This document shows positions 1-10,218 of a stretch of 57,657 nt of DNA, piece after piece. The DNA comes from Chlamydiae bacterium CG10_big_fil_rev_8_21_14_0_10_35_9. GTDB lineage: Bacteria > Chlamydiota > Chlamydiia > Chlamydiales > SM23-39. A program made the translations under genes and the position numbers. The first letter of the stretch is position 1. Each line of letters opens with the position of its first letter. The stretch is from contig PFAC01000005.1 in the NCBI GenBank assembly GCA_002773835.1, positions 1 to 57,657 on the forward strand, read 5' to 3'. Under the pieces are notes generated by a model. It was not told the origin of the DNA and searched no databases. It saw nothing but the letters and a program-made list of their open reading frames with translations.

Positions 1-1020
1 GCTTATGGATCTTGGATGGGAAATGTCAATTTTATTAATAACCAACAAAGTTTTTTGAGGGTCAAGCAAATTAAGTATGTCACTTTCTGGAATATTGTTA
101 GCTTCAGCCATGTAGATGGTAAAATCAGCTTCTTGCATTGCTTGTTTTGTTTTTTCTATGCCAATTTTTTCTATTACTTCATCAGTCTCTCTAATTCCCG
201 CTGTATCGATAAGATTTAATTGCATTCCTTCCAGGTGAACTTGCTCTTCAATAGTATCTCTAGTAGTTCCAGCGATATCAGAGACAATAGCTCTTTCCTT
301 TTGTAACAGGAAATTCATGAGGGTTGATTTCCCGGCGTTGGGAGGTCCTGCAATACATATCTTTATTCCTTCAGATAACTTTTTCCCTTCATCGAATGTA
401 TTAGACAAATACACCATTTTTTCTTTTGTCTTTTGAAGCCTGTTTAAAATGGAAGTGAAGCTTTCAAAGGCAAGGTCTTCTTCTGGGAAATCTACCCAAG
501 CCTCCAATACAGCTGCAATATCTGTCAGTTCTTTTTGAAAAGAAGTAATCACAGAAGATAGTGAGCCTTCCAATTGTTCTTGGGCAGCTTTAGTTGCTGT
601 TTTATTTTTTGCTGAAATTAATGACTGGACAGCTTCAGCTTGTACAAGGTCTATTTTATTGTTTTTGTATGCCCTATAAGTAAACTCGCCAGGCTGAGCA
701 AGCCTTGCTCCCTTATTTATTAGAGTCTGCAGGATGGTCTTAGCTATAAATGTAGAGCCGTGGCACTGGATTTCAATGGTGTCTTCTCCTGTGTAAGATT
801 TAGGACCTTTCATAAAGAGGAGAAGAACGTGATCTATGACATGGTTATTTTCATCAAAAATTTTTCCATAATGTGCCGTATGGGATTTCAAGGTCGTTAG
901 ATCTTTAGAAAAAATTTGATTAACAATGGGTACAGCTTTGTTGCCTGATATTCTTAAAATGGCAATAGCGCTTTCTGCGTAAGGTGTGGCAATAGCTGCA
1001 ATTGTGTCTTTATTAAACAT
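1..1020 (-). CDS. mnmE: tRNA modification GTPase MnmE/TrmE (3' end runs off the window)
   Basis: Not in the ORF track. Manual translation from ATG at 1020 gives MFNKDTIAAIATPYAESAIAILRISG..., G1 GPPNAGKSTLMN, G2 DIAGTTRD, G3 DTAG and G4 NKID. Confidence 0.95.
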   Translation of the reverse strand, partial: MFNKDTIAAIATPYAESAIAILRISGNKAVPIVNQIFSKDLTTLKSHTAHYGKIFDENNHVIDHVLLLFMKGPKSYTGEDTIEIQCHGSTFIAKTILQTLINKGARLAQPGEFTYRAYKNNKIDLVQAEAVQSLISAKNKTATKAAQEQLEGSLSSVITSFQKELTDIAAVLEAWVDFPEEDLAFESFTSILNRLQKTKEKMVYLSNTFDEGKKLSEGIKICIAGPPNAGKSTLMNFLLQKERAIVSDIAGTTRDTIEEQVHLEGMQLNLIDTAGIRETDEVIEKIGIEKTKQAMQEADFTIYMAEANNIPESDILNLLDPQKTLLVINKIDISHPRSIS

Positions 1021-1071
1021 AATTTTAAGTTGAATAATGTGAGAAAAATTGTAACAGAAAAAGCAAATTAA

Positions 1072-1656
1072 TTAAATTTTTCTCAAAGCAAGAGTAATTA
1101 ATTGAGCCAGGTCTTTCATTTCAGGGTTTTCTTTCTGTACCAGCTTAGCGGCCTTTTGTGCTTTCATAGGGTGATATCCTAGATTGATAAGGGCATTTAA
1201 AAGATCTTTTCCAATATGGTTATCTGAATTTTCCGAGGAGATGCTGACAAGATGATTTTTTAATTTGTCTTTCATTTCTAAAATGAGTCTTTCTGAAGTT
1301 TTTTTACCGATGCCGGGTATTTTAGAAATTAATTTTACATTGGCAGTGGCTATAGCTTCATAAAAGGCTTCTTCATCTAAATGGCCAATAATAGTTAAGC
1401 CAAGCTTAGGCCCTATGCCACTGACAGAGATAACAAGCTCAAATAATTTTTTTTCTTCGGGTTTTAAAAACCCATAAAGGGTTTGCTCATCTTCTTTAAC
1501 GATAAAGCTGGTATACAGCTTAAGTTGTCCTCCTAAATCAGTTAGTTTGGAAAACATATGCGAAGGTGTCATGATTTTGTAGCCCACGCCACTTACATCA
1601 AGGACGACATAGTGAGGGGTTTTAATTTCTAATGTTCCTTTTATATACTCGTACAT
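1072..1656 (-). CDS. ruvA: Holliday junction branch migration protein RuvA
   Basis: MYEYIKG start, LYGF motif, HhH motifs VSGIGPK and IPGIGKKT, C-terminal AL.NLGY domain. Confidence 0.96.
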   Translation of the reverse strand: MYEYIKGTLEIKTPHYVVLDVSGVGYKIMTPSHMFSKLTDLGGQLKLYTSFIVKEDEQTLYGFLKPEEKKLFELVISVSGIGPKLGLTIIGHLDEEAFYEAIATANVKLISKIPGIGKKTSERLILEMKDKLKNHLVSISSENSDNHIGKDLLNALINLGYHPMKAQKAAKLVQKENPEMKDLAQLITLALRKI

Positions 1657-2141
1657 ATATTCAAACTGTTGGCATGTGCAATGGCAATAGCTAGGGCATC
1701 AGCTGCATCTTCCGGCTCAGGAGGCGCTTTCAGTCCTAAAATTGCTTGGGTCATTTTCTGTACTTGTAGTTTACTCGCCTTGCCATTTCCTACAACAGCA
1801 AGTTTTGCTTTTTTAGGAGCATATTCAAATAAAGGGATGTTGTACTTTGCCGCAATGAGATAAACAACGGCTTTAGCCATGGCAAGCTTCATAGCGCTTT
1901 GTGCATTTTTCTTAACAAATTGCGATTCAACACAAATAGCATCTGGTAAATGTTTTTGAATAATAGATTCTAAAGACTGGTGTAAGATCCAGTATCTTTT
2001 ATGAAGAGGGTCGTTACTAGGCGGTCGAATGCAGCCAAAATCAATTGGCTCAATTTTTTGATTAGATTGAATAATTCCAAATCCGGTAATCCGAGTTCCA
2101 GGATCAACGCCTAAAATAATGCATGGTGATTTTGTGTTCAT
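1641..2141 (-). CDS. ruvC: Holliday junction resolvase RuvC
   Basis: ILGVDPG..ITGFG, central Glu (VESQF), G.G.A.K.QV, DAADALAIA. Confidence 0.96.
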   Translation of the reverse strand: MNTKSPCIILGVDPGTRITGFGIIQSNQKIEPIDFGCIRPPSNDPLHKRYWILHQSLESIIQKHLPDAICVESQFVKKNAQSAMKLAMAKAVVYLIAAKYNIPLFEYAPKKAKLAVVGNGKASKLQVQKMTQAILGLKAPPEPEDAADALAIAIAHANSLNICTSI

Positions 2142-2183
2142 AAAACCACCATATCGGAATTTCTGATTTAGAAAAAAGAGAGA

Positions 2184-3443
2184 TTAAACGATCTCAAAAA
2201 GTTTGTCGTATGTCTTATCAAAAGAAATATCATTAATTGATACTCTTTCCACGGAAGGTTCACCTTCACGGATTGCAAACTCCACTTGTATTTCTATCCG
2301 GCCTATTTGATTTGCTTCCATGCTCATGCTTTCGTTAATAGGCAATCGACATGTGCGTTTGATGAAGACGTCGTTTCCTTCATGGGAAACTTCAGTAAAA
2401 ATAGTTCCATTTCCAAAGGAGAGTTTTGGCGTTGTCTTTGACCTTTTAAAGATGCTAAGAACACCAGTCAAAGGATGTTGAGACATAAATTGTTGTATTA
2501 AGCGGCTGTATGATTGGTAGGGTTCTTTTGATAAATTGGCGGCCAAATATTTAGCGGCTTCCCCATTAAGCGGACCATTTTGATCTTCTTCATTGAACTC
2601 ACTAAAATTTTTCCAAGTTCCAAGATCAGAAAAACCATGCCTACTATCATTTTCGCTAAACTTAAATAATCTATTGTCTGTATTTTCTTTTACCAACTTG
2701 TCAAAAATATATATAGATTTATAATCTCCTACGAACCTTAAAGCAGGCTCATGCTCTGCTATTCCTTTGTGGTCTTCCATTAAATTACTATAATCTTGAT
2801 TTTTTAGAGAATCGAATAGAGCTCTGTCAAACTGAAATAATCTTAATGGAGAGCTTTTGCAAGCTTCCAGTAAACTTTCAATATGAGCAGGTAATGGCCT
2901 GTCGTAGTTTCTGAAAATGGCAAAAAAGGCATGCAGTTCTAAAAGACGCTGCTTATCTTTTGTGCTAATTTTCTGAGGAGGCTTCTTAACTAATTGGGAC
3001 AACTTATTTGCTTCTTGTGAACTAATTCTCATGGATTTGATTTGTTGCCAAAGTTCCATGTTACTAAGTTCTCTTCTTTTTTCAGGATGTATAGGGTTTT
3101 GCAGGAAATTGTAAATGTCTAAGTCACTGAAGATTTCTAAATCATCTTCTTTTCGAAGATCTGCAAAAATGGCATTTTGACTTGCACCTATTCTAGAAAG
3201 TGCATTTGTTTTTTGAACTAAAACGGATATTTTTTCTGCTTGTTGATTTAAAATAAAAAGCTTTATTTGTCTATTAATGACCCAGGTTCTAATAGGAATT
3301 AAAATGGCAGCAAAACCATTTGTTGACCAATCAAGCCTTTGAAAAATGTCTGTTATTAAAGAGGTTCTGTTTTCAGGTGATCTACAGGCTATTAAAACCT
3401 CATCATGATAACCATTAATTGCTTGATTTACATTATTAAACAT
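2184..3443 (-). CDS. Hypothetical protein (419 aa)
   Basis: Long ORF filling the gap; no recognisable motif. Confidence 0.75.
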   Translation of the reverse strand: MFNNVNQAINGYHDEVLIACRSPENRTSLITDIFQRLDWSTNGFAAILIPIRTWVINRQIKLFILNQQAEKISVLVQKTNALSRIGASQNAIFADLRKEDDLEIFSDLDIYNFLQNPIHPEKRRELSNMELWQQIKSMRISSQEANKLSQLVKKPPQKISTKDKQRLLELHAFFAIFRNYDRPLPAHIESLLEACKSSPLRLFQFDRALFDSLKNQDYSNLMEDHKGIAEHEPALRFVGDYKSIYIFDKLVKENTDNRLFKFSENDSRHGFSDLGTWKNFSEFNEEDQNGPLNGEAAKYLAANLSKEPYQSYSRLIQQFMSQHPLTGVLSIFKRSKTTPKLSFGNGTIFTEVSHEGNDVFIKRTCRLPINESMSMEANQIGRIEIQVEFAIREGEPSVERVSINDISFDKTYDKLFEIV

Positions 3444-3612
3444 ACAATAGCCTTTTTATTTTTTGATAAAAAGTATTTTATCAAAAGTAATTTAATTACT
3501 TGTTAAGTTTTTGTTAATATTTCTTAATAAAATTAATAGAGTAAGTTATTGAGGGCTTTGATGTTAAATGAGTTATATGGCATACTTAGGCTGAAAGTAG
3601 GGGGGATACTTT

Positions 3613-4665
3613 TTGCAGAAAATTGATTTTGAGCCTAAAAACATTATCGTGAGAATGCCGAATTGGATCGGTGATATTGTGATGGCTACTCCCGTTTTAA
3701 CCGATATCAAGGCAAAATATCCTAATAGTGCTTTAACGGTGATGTGTAGGTCCCCTATTTGTGAAATTTTGCAATATGACGAAGACATTGATGAACTTTA
3801 TTGTTTTACCAAACAATCTACAAAGTTTTTCGAAAGGAGAAAAGAGACCAAAAATATTATATCCCGCTTAAAGCAAGGGGAGTATGACTTAGGGATCTTG
3901 CTGACAAATTCTTTTTCTTCAGCATGGTGGTTTTGGCAAGGGGGAGTAAAAAACATCATAGGCTATGACTGCAACCTCAGGAATATACTTCTATCCTATC
4001 CCATAAAAAAATCAGAAAATCATGAAAAAGAGCATCAAGTCGTCTTTTATAAAAAGCTTTTAGCTCCTCTAGGTATTGAAGTGTCTGATACTTTTCCTAG
4101 ACTTCATATGTCAGATAAAGAGCTGAACAATGCAAAAACTCTTCTTTATCAAAGAGGATATAAAGAGGGCAGGCCTCTTATCGGGATTAACCCTACTGCC
4201 AGTTTTGGTCCGGCTAAGTGCTGGCCTAAAGAAAGATTCAGAGAAATTACTCAAAAGCTTATTGAGGAGAAAAATTGTTATGTCGTCTGTTTCGGGGACG
4301 TAAGTTCTGTAGACCTTGTCAAAGAAATTTGCTGGGGCCTTTCCGATAAGGTCATAAATCTGGCGGGGGTTACTTCTATTTGTGAGTTAGTAAGTGTTAT
4401 TCAGCTTTGTGATGTCTTATTAACAAATGATTCAGGTCCTATGCATATTGCGGCAGCTGTTAAAACCCCTTTAATTGCCTTATTTGGTTCGACAAACAGG
4501 CATAAGACAGGCCCTTATAAACATGGTAAAGTCATTCAAAAAAATGTAGACTGTTCTCCTTGCTATTTAAAAGTATGTCCTATTGATTTTAGATGCATGA
4601 AAAGGATTGCTGTAGAAGAAGTTTTACATGCCATTACAGATGCTTTAGAAAAGAAAAATGTTTAA
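3613..4665 (+). CDS. waaF: GT9 LPS heptosyltransferase II-like
   Basis: PNWIGDIVMATP, FGPAKCWP, TNDSGPMHIAAA, ALFGST, C-terminal CSPC..CP...RCM; TTG start. Confidence 0.85.
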   Translation: MQKIDFEPKNIIVRMPNWIGDIVMATPVLTDIKAKYPNSALTVMCRSPICEILQYDEDIDELYCFTKQSTKFFERRKETKNIISRLKQGEYDLGILLTNSFSSAWWFWQGGVKNIIGYDCNLRNILLSYPIKKSENHEKEHQVVFYKKLLAPLGIEVSDTFPRLHMSDKELNNAKTLLYQRGYKEGRPLIGINPTASFGPAKCWPKERFREITQKLIEEKNCYVVCFGDVSSVDLVKEICWGLSDKVINLAGVTSICELVSVIQLCDVLLTNDSGPMHIAAAVKTPLIALFGSTNRHKTGPYKHGKVIQKNVDCSPCYLKVCPIDFRCMKRIAVEEVLHAITDALEKKNV

Positions 4666-5545
4666 GACCATTCTTAGAAAAATTCAGCAAAATCCTTTCG
4701 AGAAACTCTTGCAAAAAAGTGCTCTAAAAAAAAAGAAAACCTTTCTTTTGGAGTGGAATCGGGGGCTTGGTGATATTCCCTTAGGTCTTTATGCCATAGT
4801 TCACCGAATTAAGAAATATGTTCCTGATGCCAAAATCACTTTTCTAATACGATCCGATTTAGAAGAGGGTTTTTCTTTTTTGAGAGATGTGCAGTTTTTA
4901 GTAGTGCCTTCTTGGAAAAGGCATGCTCAATATAATATTTATTCGGCTTTGCAAGAATTACATATAAATCCAGATAACTATGATGTAATTATTGAAAAAC
5001 CAGATCCAACTTATTGGGTACGTTGGCAAATAGGAGCTCTTACTCCCAGGCTTAAATGGGAGCAAAAGTATGATATGCTTTGGAAGAAATTTAATTTGCC
5101 TTCTTCCGATCTTATCGCAGTGCAGCCTGCAATAGAAAGTAAGTATAACTTGTGGAGGGGATATCCACCTCATAAATGGCAAAGCCTTTTTAACGCAATC
5201 AACTCGCCAATAGTCCTTTTAGGGCAGGAAAACACAAATAGCTTTTCTGGAAATCACCTAATAGATTTAAGAGGGAAAACAAATTTGTGTGAATTGCTTT
5301 CCATTCTTAAAAATGCATGTACAAAAGCGGTGTTGCCAGACAGTGGGGTCCTGTCTTTTATGTATTACCTTGACGTAGAGTTTCCCATTAAGGTGGTTTC
5401 TCTTTGGGCTGATATTGCTCAAGGAATTATGAAACAAAATGTTGCCTCTCCCAATAAAGGTCTAAAACATGTGCCTCTTTTAGGTCAGGATAAAAATGTT
5501 AATAATATCGATGTGTCAACTATTTGCTTTCACTTGAAGGAATGA
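4658..5545 (+). CDS. Divergent GT9-family glycosyltransferase
   Basis: RGLGDI, IDLRGKTNLCEL and PDSG motifs; overlaps the waaF stop. Confidence 0.7.
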   Translation: MFKTILRKIQQNPFEKLLQKSALKKKKTFLLEWNRGLGDIPLGLYAIVHRIKKYVPDAKITFLIRSDLEEGFSFLRDVQFLVVPSWKRHAQYNIYSALQELHINPDNYDVIIEKPDPTYWVRWQIGALTPRLKWEQKYDMLWKKFNLPSSDLIAVQPAIESKYNLWRGYPPHKWQSLFNAINSPIVLLGQENTNSFSGNHLIDLRGKTNLCELLSILKNACTKAVLPDSGVLSFMYYLDVEFPIKVVSLWADIAQGIMKQNVASPNKGLKHVPLLGQDKNVNNIDVSTICFHLKE

Positions 5546-6685
5546 ATGTTGTTTCAAAAACAAAAAGAGTTTTTTCAAACTTTAAATGAGCTTTCTAAAG
5601 AAGAAAAGAAGGCTATTTTAGACACAGTGCACAAGTTGTCTTGGCCTGATGTAGTTTTGCAGCAAGAAGCTTTGCGTGTTCCAATACATGAAAGTGAAGC
5701 TTTGCCTTTGAAAACATGCGAGCAAGCAATAGGAAAGTATCGAGATGAGGGAAAAGAAGCACTTAAAAACAACAAGGTAGCTTGCATTATCTTGGCTGCT
5801 GGAGATGGGTCGAGATTAAACTTTAAGGGGCCTAAAGGCTCTTTTCCTATTATGTCCGGAAAAAGTTTTTTTCACATCTTTGCAAGAAAAATTGCCCAGC
5901 TAAAAAATACTCATGAGTGTAAGCCGATTATAGCAGTCATGTGCTCTGATAAAAATCTATGCGATACCGTTAAGCATTTTGAAAATAATCGTTTTTTCCA
6001 TCTTGAACAAAATCAAGTTATTTTTTTCTCTTCAAAAAGTCTGCCGTTATTAGATGAAAAAGGAAATTGGTATTTAAATGAAAAAAAACAAATCGCTGTA
6101 GGCCCCTCTGGTAATGGGGAAGTTTTTTCAGCAGCAAAAAAGGTAGTTCAAAAATTTAAAGAAAAAAATGTTGAACATGTCTCAGTCATACAAGTAGATA
6201 ATCCTTTGGCAGATCCTTTTGATGAGGAACTTTTGGGATACCATTTGCATCAAAAAAATGAAGTTACCTTAAAATGTTTTAAGAGAGATATTCCTGAAGA
6301 AAAATTAGGCATTTTAGCTCGTTGTAAAGGAGCTATCTCGATAAAAGAGTATTTTCATTTGCCTGATGAAGCTTTTACTAAAGAAGGATTGTTAAATTAC
6401 CCTTTTGCTAATGTCGGTAATTATTTTTTTAGTTTGGATTTTTTTGAAAAAATGGAAAAAAAAATATTACCTTTTCACCTTTCTAAGAAAAAAGCAATTA
6501 AATATAGAGTTGGTAATATCAATATGTTAAAATGTGAAAGATTTATTTTTGATGTTTTGTGCTATTCTAAAAAAACAGGAGCTCTTTGTTTTTCAAAAAA
6601 GGAATGTTTTGCTCCTTTAAAAAGCTTAAGTGATTTAGTTAATGTACAAAACTTGTTATTAAAAAAAGAAAAGGTTGTTCAGTGA
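5546..6685 (+). CDS. Eukaryote-type UDP-N-acetylglucosamine/UDP-glucose pyrophosphorylase (UDPGP family)
   Basis: LAAGDGSRL..KGPKG, PSGNGE, QVDNPL, K.ERFIFD, FAPLK; adjacent to gpsA as in Chlamydia. Confidence 0.88.
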   Translation: MLFQKQKEFFQTLNELSKEEKKAILDTVHKLSWPDVVLQQEALRVPIHESEALPLKTCEQAIGKYRDEGKEALKNNKVACIILAAGDGSRLNFKGPKGSFPIMSGKSFFHIFARKIAQLKNTHECKPIIAVMCSDKNLCDTVKHFENNRFFHLEQNQVIFFSSKSLPLLDEKGNWYLNEKKQIAVGPSGNGEVFSAAKKVVQKFKEKNVEHVSVIQVDNPLADPFDEELLGYHLHQKNEVTLKCFKRDIPEEKLGILARCKGAISIKEYFHLPDEAFTKEGLLNYPFANVGNYFFSLDFFEKMEKKILPFHLSKKKAIKYRVGNINMLKCERFIFDVLCYSKKTGALCFSKKECFAPLKSLSDLVNVQNLLLKKEKVVQ

Positions 6686-7671
6686 AAATTTGTTATCTAG
6701 GTGCGGGCACTTGGGGATTTTGTTTGGCTTGCATCTTGGCTTCTAATGGTCATGAAGTTACTCTTTGGGCAAGATCTAAAGACTTAGAAGAAAAGCTTAA
6801 AACTACTAGGAAGCATCCAAAATTAGGGGATTTTGAGGCCCCAGCTAACTTGAAAATTACCTCAGACTTAAAAGAAGCACTGGCAGGTGCTGAAGCTGTA
6901 GTAGAAAGTGTGACATCATCTGGAATTCGAGAAGTTTTTGATAAGGTAGTAACTCTTTGGGATAAACCTTGTCCTGTTATTATAACCTCTAAAGGGATCG
7001 AGCAAAAAACAGGCCTTTTGTTTCCGGAAGTGATCAAAGAGAAAGTAGATGATAAACTTATTGGCTGTTTAAGTGGACCTTCTCATGCAGAGGAAGTCAT
7101 TGCTAATTTGCCAACATCTGTTGTCTGCTCGGCATACGATCCTAAAGTGATGATGATCATTCAGGATATATTTACTACGCCTACATTTAGAATTTATCCC
7201 AATGCTGATTTGATGGGTGTTTGTTTTGGCGGAGCCATGAAAAACATCATGGCTATAGCTTGTGGTATTTCCGACGGACTAGGGTTTGGTGACAATACTA
7301 AAGCAGCTTTAATGACAAGAGGGTTGCACGAAATAAGGAAACTGAGTGTTACCAAAGGGTGTAAAACAACAACACTAAATGGGCTTTCCGGAATGGGGGA
7401 CTTGTGCGTTACTTGTCTTTCGAAGTTGAGTCGTAACTATCGTTTTGGAAGACTGATAGCAGAAGGGCTAACTCCGGATGAAGCAAAGCAAAAAATTGCC
7501 ATGGCAGTGGAGGGGACATATACTTGTGTCTCGGCTTTAGAGTTGGGCCGTTATCATCATATTGCCGTGCCGATAACTGAGGCTACTTATTCTATTATTT
7601 ATGAGAACTTAAATCCAAAAGACGCTGTAAAAAATCTATTGCAAAGAGCAATTAAGGAAGAACATCTATAA
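6682..7671 (+). CDS. gpsA: NAD(P)H-dependent glycerol-3-phosphate dehydrogenase
   Basis: GAGTWG, SKGIE, SGPSHA, GAMKN, GMGDL.VTC.S..SRN. Confidence 0.96.
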   Translation: MKICYLGAGTWGFCLACILASNGHEVTLWARSKDLEEKLKTTRKHPKLGDFEAPANLKITSDLKEALAGAEAVVESVTSSGIREVFDKVVTLWDKPCPVIITSKGIEQKTGLLFPEVIKEKVDDKLIGCLSGPSHAEEVIANLPTSVVCSAYDPKVMMIIQDIFTTPTFRIYPNADLMGVCFGGAMKNIMAIACGISDGLGFGDNTKAALMTRGLHEIRKLSVTKGCKTTTLNGLSGMGDLCVTCLSKLSRNYRFGRLIAEGLTPDEAKQKIAMAVEGTYTCVSALELGRYHHIAVPITEATYSIIYENLNPKDAVKNLLQRAIKEEHL

Positions 7672-7680
7672 AGAGGTAAT

Positions 7681-9189
7681 ATGAAGATTGTTACTGCAGA
7701 TGAAATGAAAAGAATTGAAAAAATGGCTTTCGAAGAAGGCTTTTCTGAAAACCAATTCATGGAAATTGCAGGAACAAGAGTAGGCGAGTATGTACATGAT
7801 TTTGCTGAAAAAAATAAAATTCCTAAAAAAGTTTTTTTGTTAGTTGGCAAAGGCAATAATGGAGGCGATGCTTATGTTGCAGGAATGTATCTTTTACAAA
7901 AAGGATATACTGTAGAAGCGTTTCATCTTGCCGAGTTAGAAGATAGTTCTCCTTTAAATCAATTTTACTGTGAAAGATTCATTGAAAACGGTGGGAGAGT
8001 CGAATTTTTAAAAGATATAAAAAATCTTAGCCTTCCTTCAACAGGACTCATTGTAGATGGCCTTTTGGGTACTGGTTTTAAAGGGCAGTTAGAAGGTCTT
8101 TATCTAGATGTAATTGAAATAGCTAATGACTCATGCCTTCCTATTGTTTCTATAGATATACCATCAGGGGTAAATGGAACGACCGGGATTGTTCAGACTA
8201 AAGCTATTTTTGCTTCTATGACAGTATATTTAGGAATGGCAAAAATGGGTTTTTTCATTAATGATGGATGGAACCATGTGGGTAAACTTGTCTATGCTGA
8301 TTTTGGGCTTAGTGAAAAATTCCTAGAGCTAGCCAAAGAAGAGGCTAACCTTTTTACAGATGAAAATGTAACCTTGCCTAAGTTGATCCGAAAAAGACAC
8401 AAGTATCAAACAGGGTATGTTATAGGTATAGCAGGTTCTCCTAAAATGGGAGGAGCAGCCAAACTTTCTGCTTTAGCTTCCCTTAGAGCAGGGGCTGGAA
8501 TTATACGTCTATTTTATCCTGAAAATTCAATAAGTGAAATGGAAAATGCTCCTTTAGAAATTGTAAAAAATCCTTTTAACCTCGAGGATTTTGACCCTAT
8601 TTTACAAGAGTTAAAAAGAGCTAAAGCGTGTTTTATTGGTCCCGGTCTTGGAAGAGAAGAACATACTAAAAGGTTTTTATATAATTTTGTTCCGAAAATA
8701 GCAGTGCCAACTGTCTTTGATGCTGACGCTCTTTACCTCATTGATAATGATAGCTTTCCAAAAGGTAGTATTTTAACACCTCATCACAAAGAGATGATGA
8801 GACTACTAAAAATAGAAAGTGTAAAGGATGACGATGAGCTTTATGAGAAATGTCAGGCCTACGCCAAAAAGTATCAGTTGGTAATTGTCTTAAAAGGAGC
8901 TCCAAGTGTGATCTTCCACTATGAAAATAAGCCCGTTATAATCGCTCATGGCGACCCTGGTATGGCAACAGCAGGAACAGGAGATGTTTTGACAGGCATT
9001 ATTGCGGCAGTATTAGCTCAAAATGTAGAGCCTTATCAAGCGGCTTTGCTAGGAGTTTTTCTTCATGGAGTTGCAGGGGAATGGGCGGCAGAGAAAAAAT
9101 CTTCTTACAGTTTAATTGCTTCAGACTTAATTGACATGTTGCCACTTGTTTTTAAACAATTGCAGCTTCAAGTAGGTAAAATTCTTTAA
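7681..9189 (+). CDS. nnr: Bifunctional NAD(P)H-hydrate epimerase/dehydratase
   Basis: GKGNNGGD, DGLLGTG, DIPSG (YjeF-N); GPGLG, DADAL, LTPH..E, ATAGTGDVLTG (YjeF-C). Confidence 0.95.
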   Translation: MKIVTADEMKRIEKMAFEEGFSENQFMEIAGTRVGEYVHDFAEKNKIPKKVFLLVGKGNNGGDAYVAGMYLLQKGYTVEAFHLAELEDSSPLNQFYCERFIENGGRVEFLKDIKNLSLPSTGLIVDGLLGTGFKGQLEGLYLDVIEIANDSCLPIVSIDIPSGVNGTTGIVQTKAIFASMTVYLGMAKMGFFINDGWNHVGKLVYADFGLSEKFLELAKEEANLFTDENVTLPKLIRKRHKYQTGYVIGIAGSPKMGGAAKLSALASLRAGAGIIRLFYPENSISEMENAPLEIVKNPFNLEDFDPILQELKRAKACFIGPGLGREEHTKRFLYNFVPKIAVPTVFDADALYLIDNDSFPKGSILTPHHKEMMRLLKIESVKDDDELYEKCQAYAKKYQLVIVLKGAPSVIFHYENKPVIIAHGDPGMATAGTGDVLTGIIAAVLAQNVEPYQAALLGVFLHGVAGEWAAEKKSSYSLIASDLIDMLPLVFKQLQLQVGKIL

Positions 9190-10120
9190 ACCATTCGACA
9201 AATCTTTTCATCCCTTCGTTAAAAGGGATCTTAGGGGAGTAATTTAACGCTTGTCTGCTTTTATGAATATCTGCGTAAGTTTCTAGTAATTCTCCCGGCT
9301 GCATGGGAAGCATTTTAATGTTAGCTTTTTGACCAAGAAAGCTCTCCAATGTTTGCACCAATAGCATTAAATCAATAGGTTTACTATTACCCAAGTTGAA
9401 AACTTCAAAATCAGATTCTTTATCAATTGCTGCTATAGTGCCGTCGACGATATCATCAATATAGGTAAAGTCTCTTCGCATTTGCCCACGATTAAATAAA
9501 GGGATTTCTTTTTTCTCAATAATTGACTTAGCAAAGAAAAAATAAGCCATATCAGGGCGTCCCCATGGACCGAAGACGGTAAAATACCTTAATCCTGTGG
9601 ATCTTATGTTATAAAGGTGGCGGTAGGAAGCTGCCATTACTTCATTTGATTTTTTAGTAGCACCATATAAGTTGGCGGGATGATCTGTTTTGTCATCTTC
9701 ATGGAAAGGGGTTTTTTTATTTGTACCATAAACGGAAGAAGAAGAAGCATAGACTAAATAAACATCTGGAAATTTTCTAAGAGTTTCCATTAGCGAAGAA
9801 AAACCATTAATATTAGAGGCAATATAATCTTCTGGATGATTAAAGGAATGTCTTACGCCAGCTTGAGCTGCAAGATGAACGACATGAGTTATATTATGCG
9901 AAAGTAACAGTTTTTCCAGTTCACTTTGCTGGAGTATATCTATATTGAGAATGGAGATATCATTTTTAGATAATATCTTTTCGCGTTCTTTTTTTAAGGC
10001 AACATCGTAATAGGCGTTGAAGTTGTCTATTCCAATTACAAAGTTCCCTCTTTTTTTACATGCTAAGGCAAGATGAAATCCAATAAATCCTGCAGCACCT
10101 GTTATTAAAATTTTCTTCAT
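9152..10120 (-). CDS. UDP-glucuronate 4-epimerase (extended SDR)
   Basis: TGAAGFIG, HLAAQAGVR, YASSSSVYG, YGATKK, GPWGRPDMA. Confidence 0.9.
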   Translation of the reverse strand: MKKILITGAAGFIGFHLALACKKRGNFVIGIDNFNAYYDVALKKEREKILSKNDISILNIDILQQSELEKLLLSHNITHVVHLAAQAGVRHSFNHPEDYIASNINGFSSLMETLRKFPDVYLVYASSSSVYGTNKKTPFHEDDKTDHPANLYGATKKSNEVMAASYRHLYNIRSTGLRYFTVFGPWGRPDMAYFFFAKSIIEKKEIPLFNRGQMRRDFTYIDDIVDGTIAAIDKESDFEVFNLGNSKPIDLMLLVQTLESFLGQKANIKMLPMQPGELLETYADIHKSRQALNYSPKIPFNEGMKRFVEWFKEFYLLEAAIV

Positions 10121-10218
10121 TTACCTTCTTAAAATCTTTTTTACATATCTAACGTTATGCTATATAAGGTTAGCTTAAACAATTGATAATTTAAATTGGA
10201 CCGTAAGTTCATTTTTCT

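Noticed and set aside
16-219. 67-aa + strand ORF
   Set aside because: Antisense to mnmE, which occupies 1-1020 on the minus strand.
1072-2141. ruvB absent next to ruvCA
   Set aside because: A separate ruvB location is the normal arrangement in chlamydiae.
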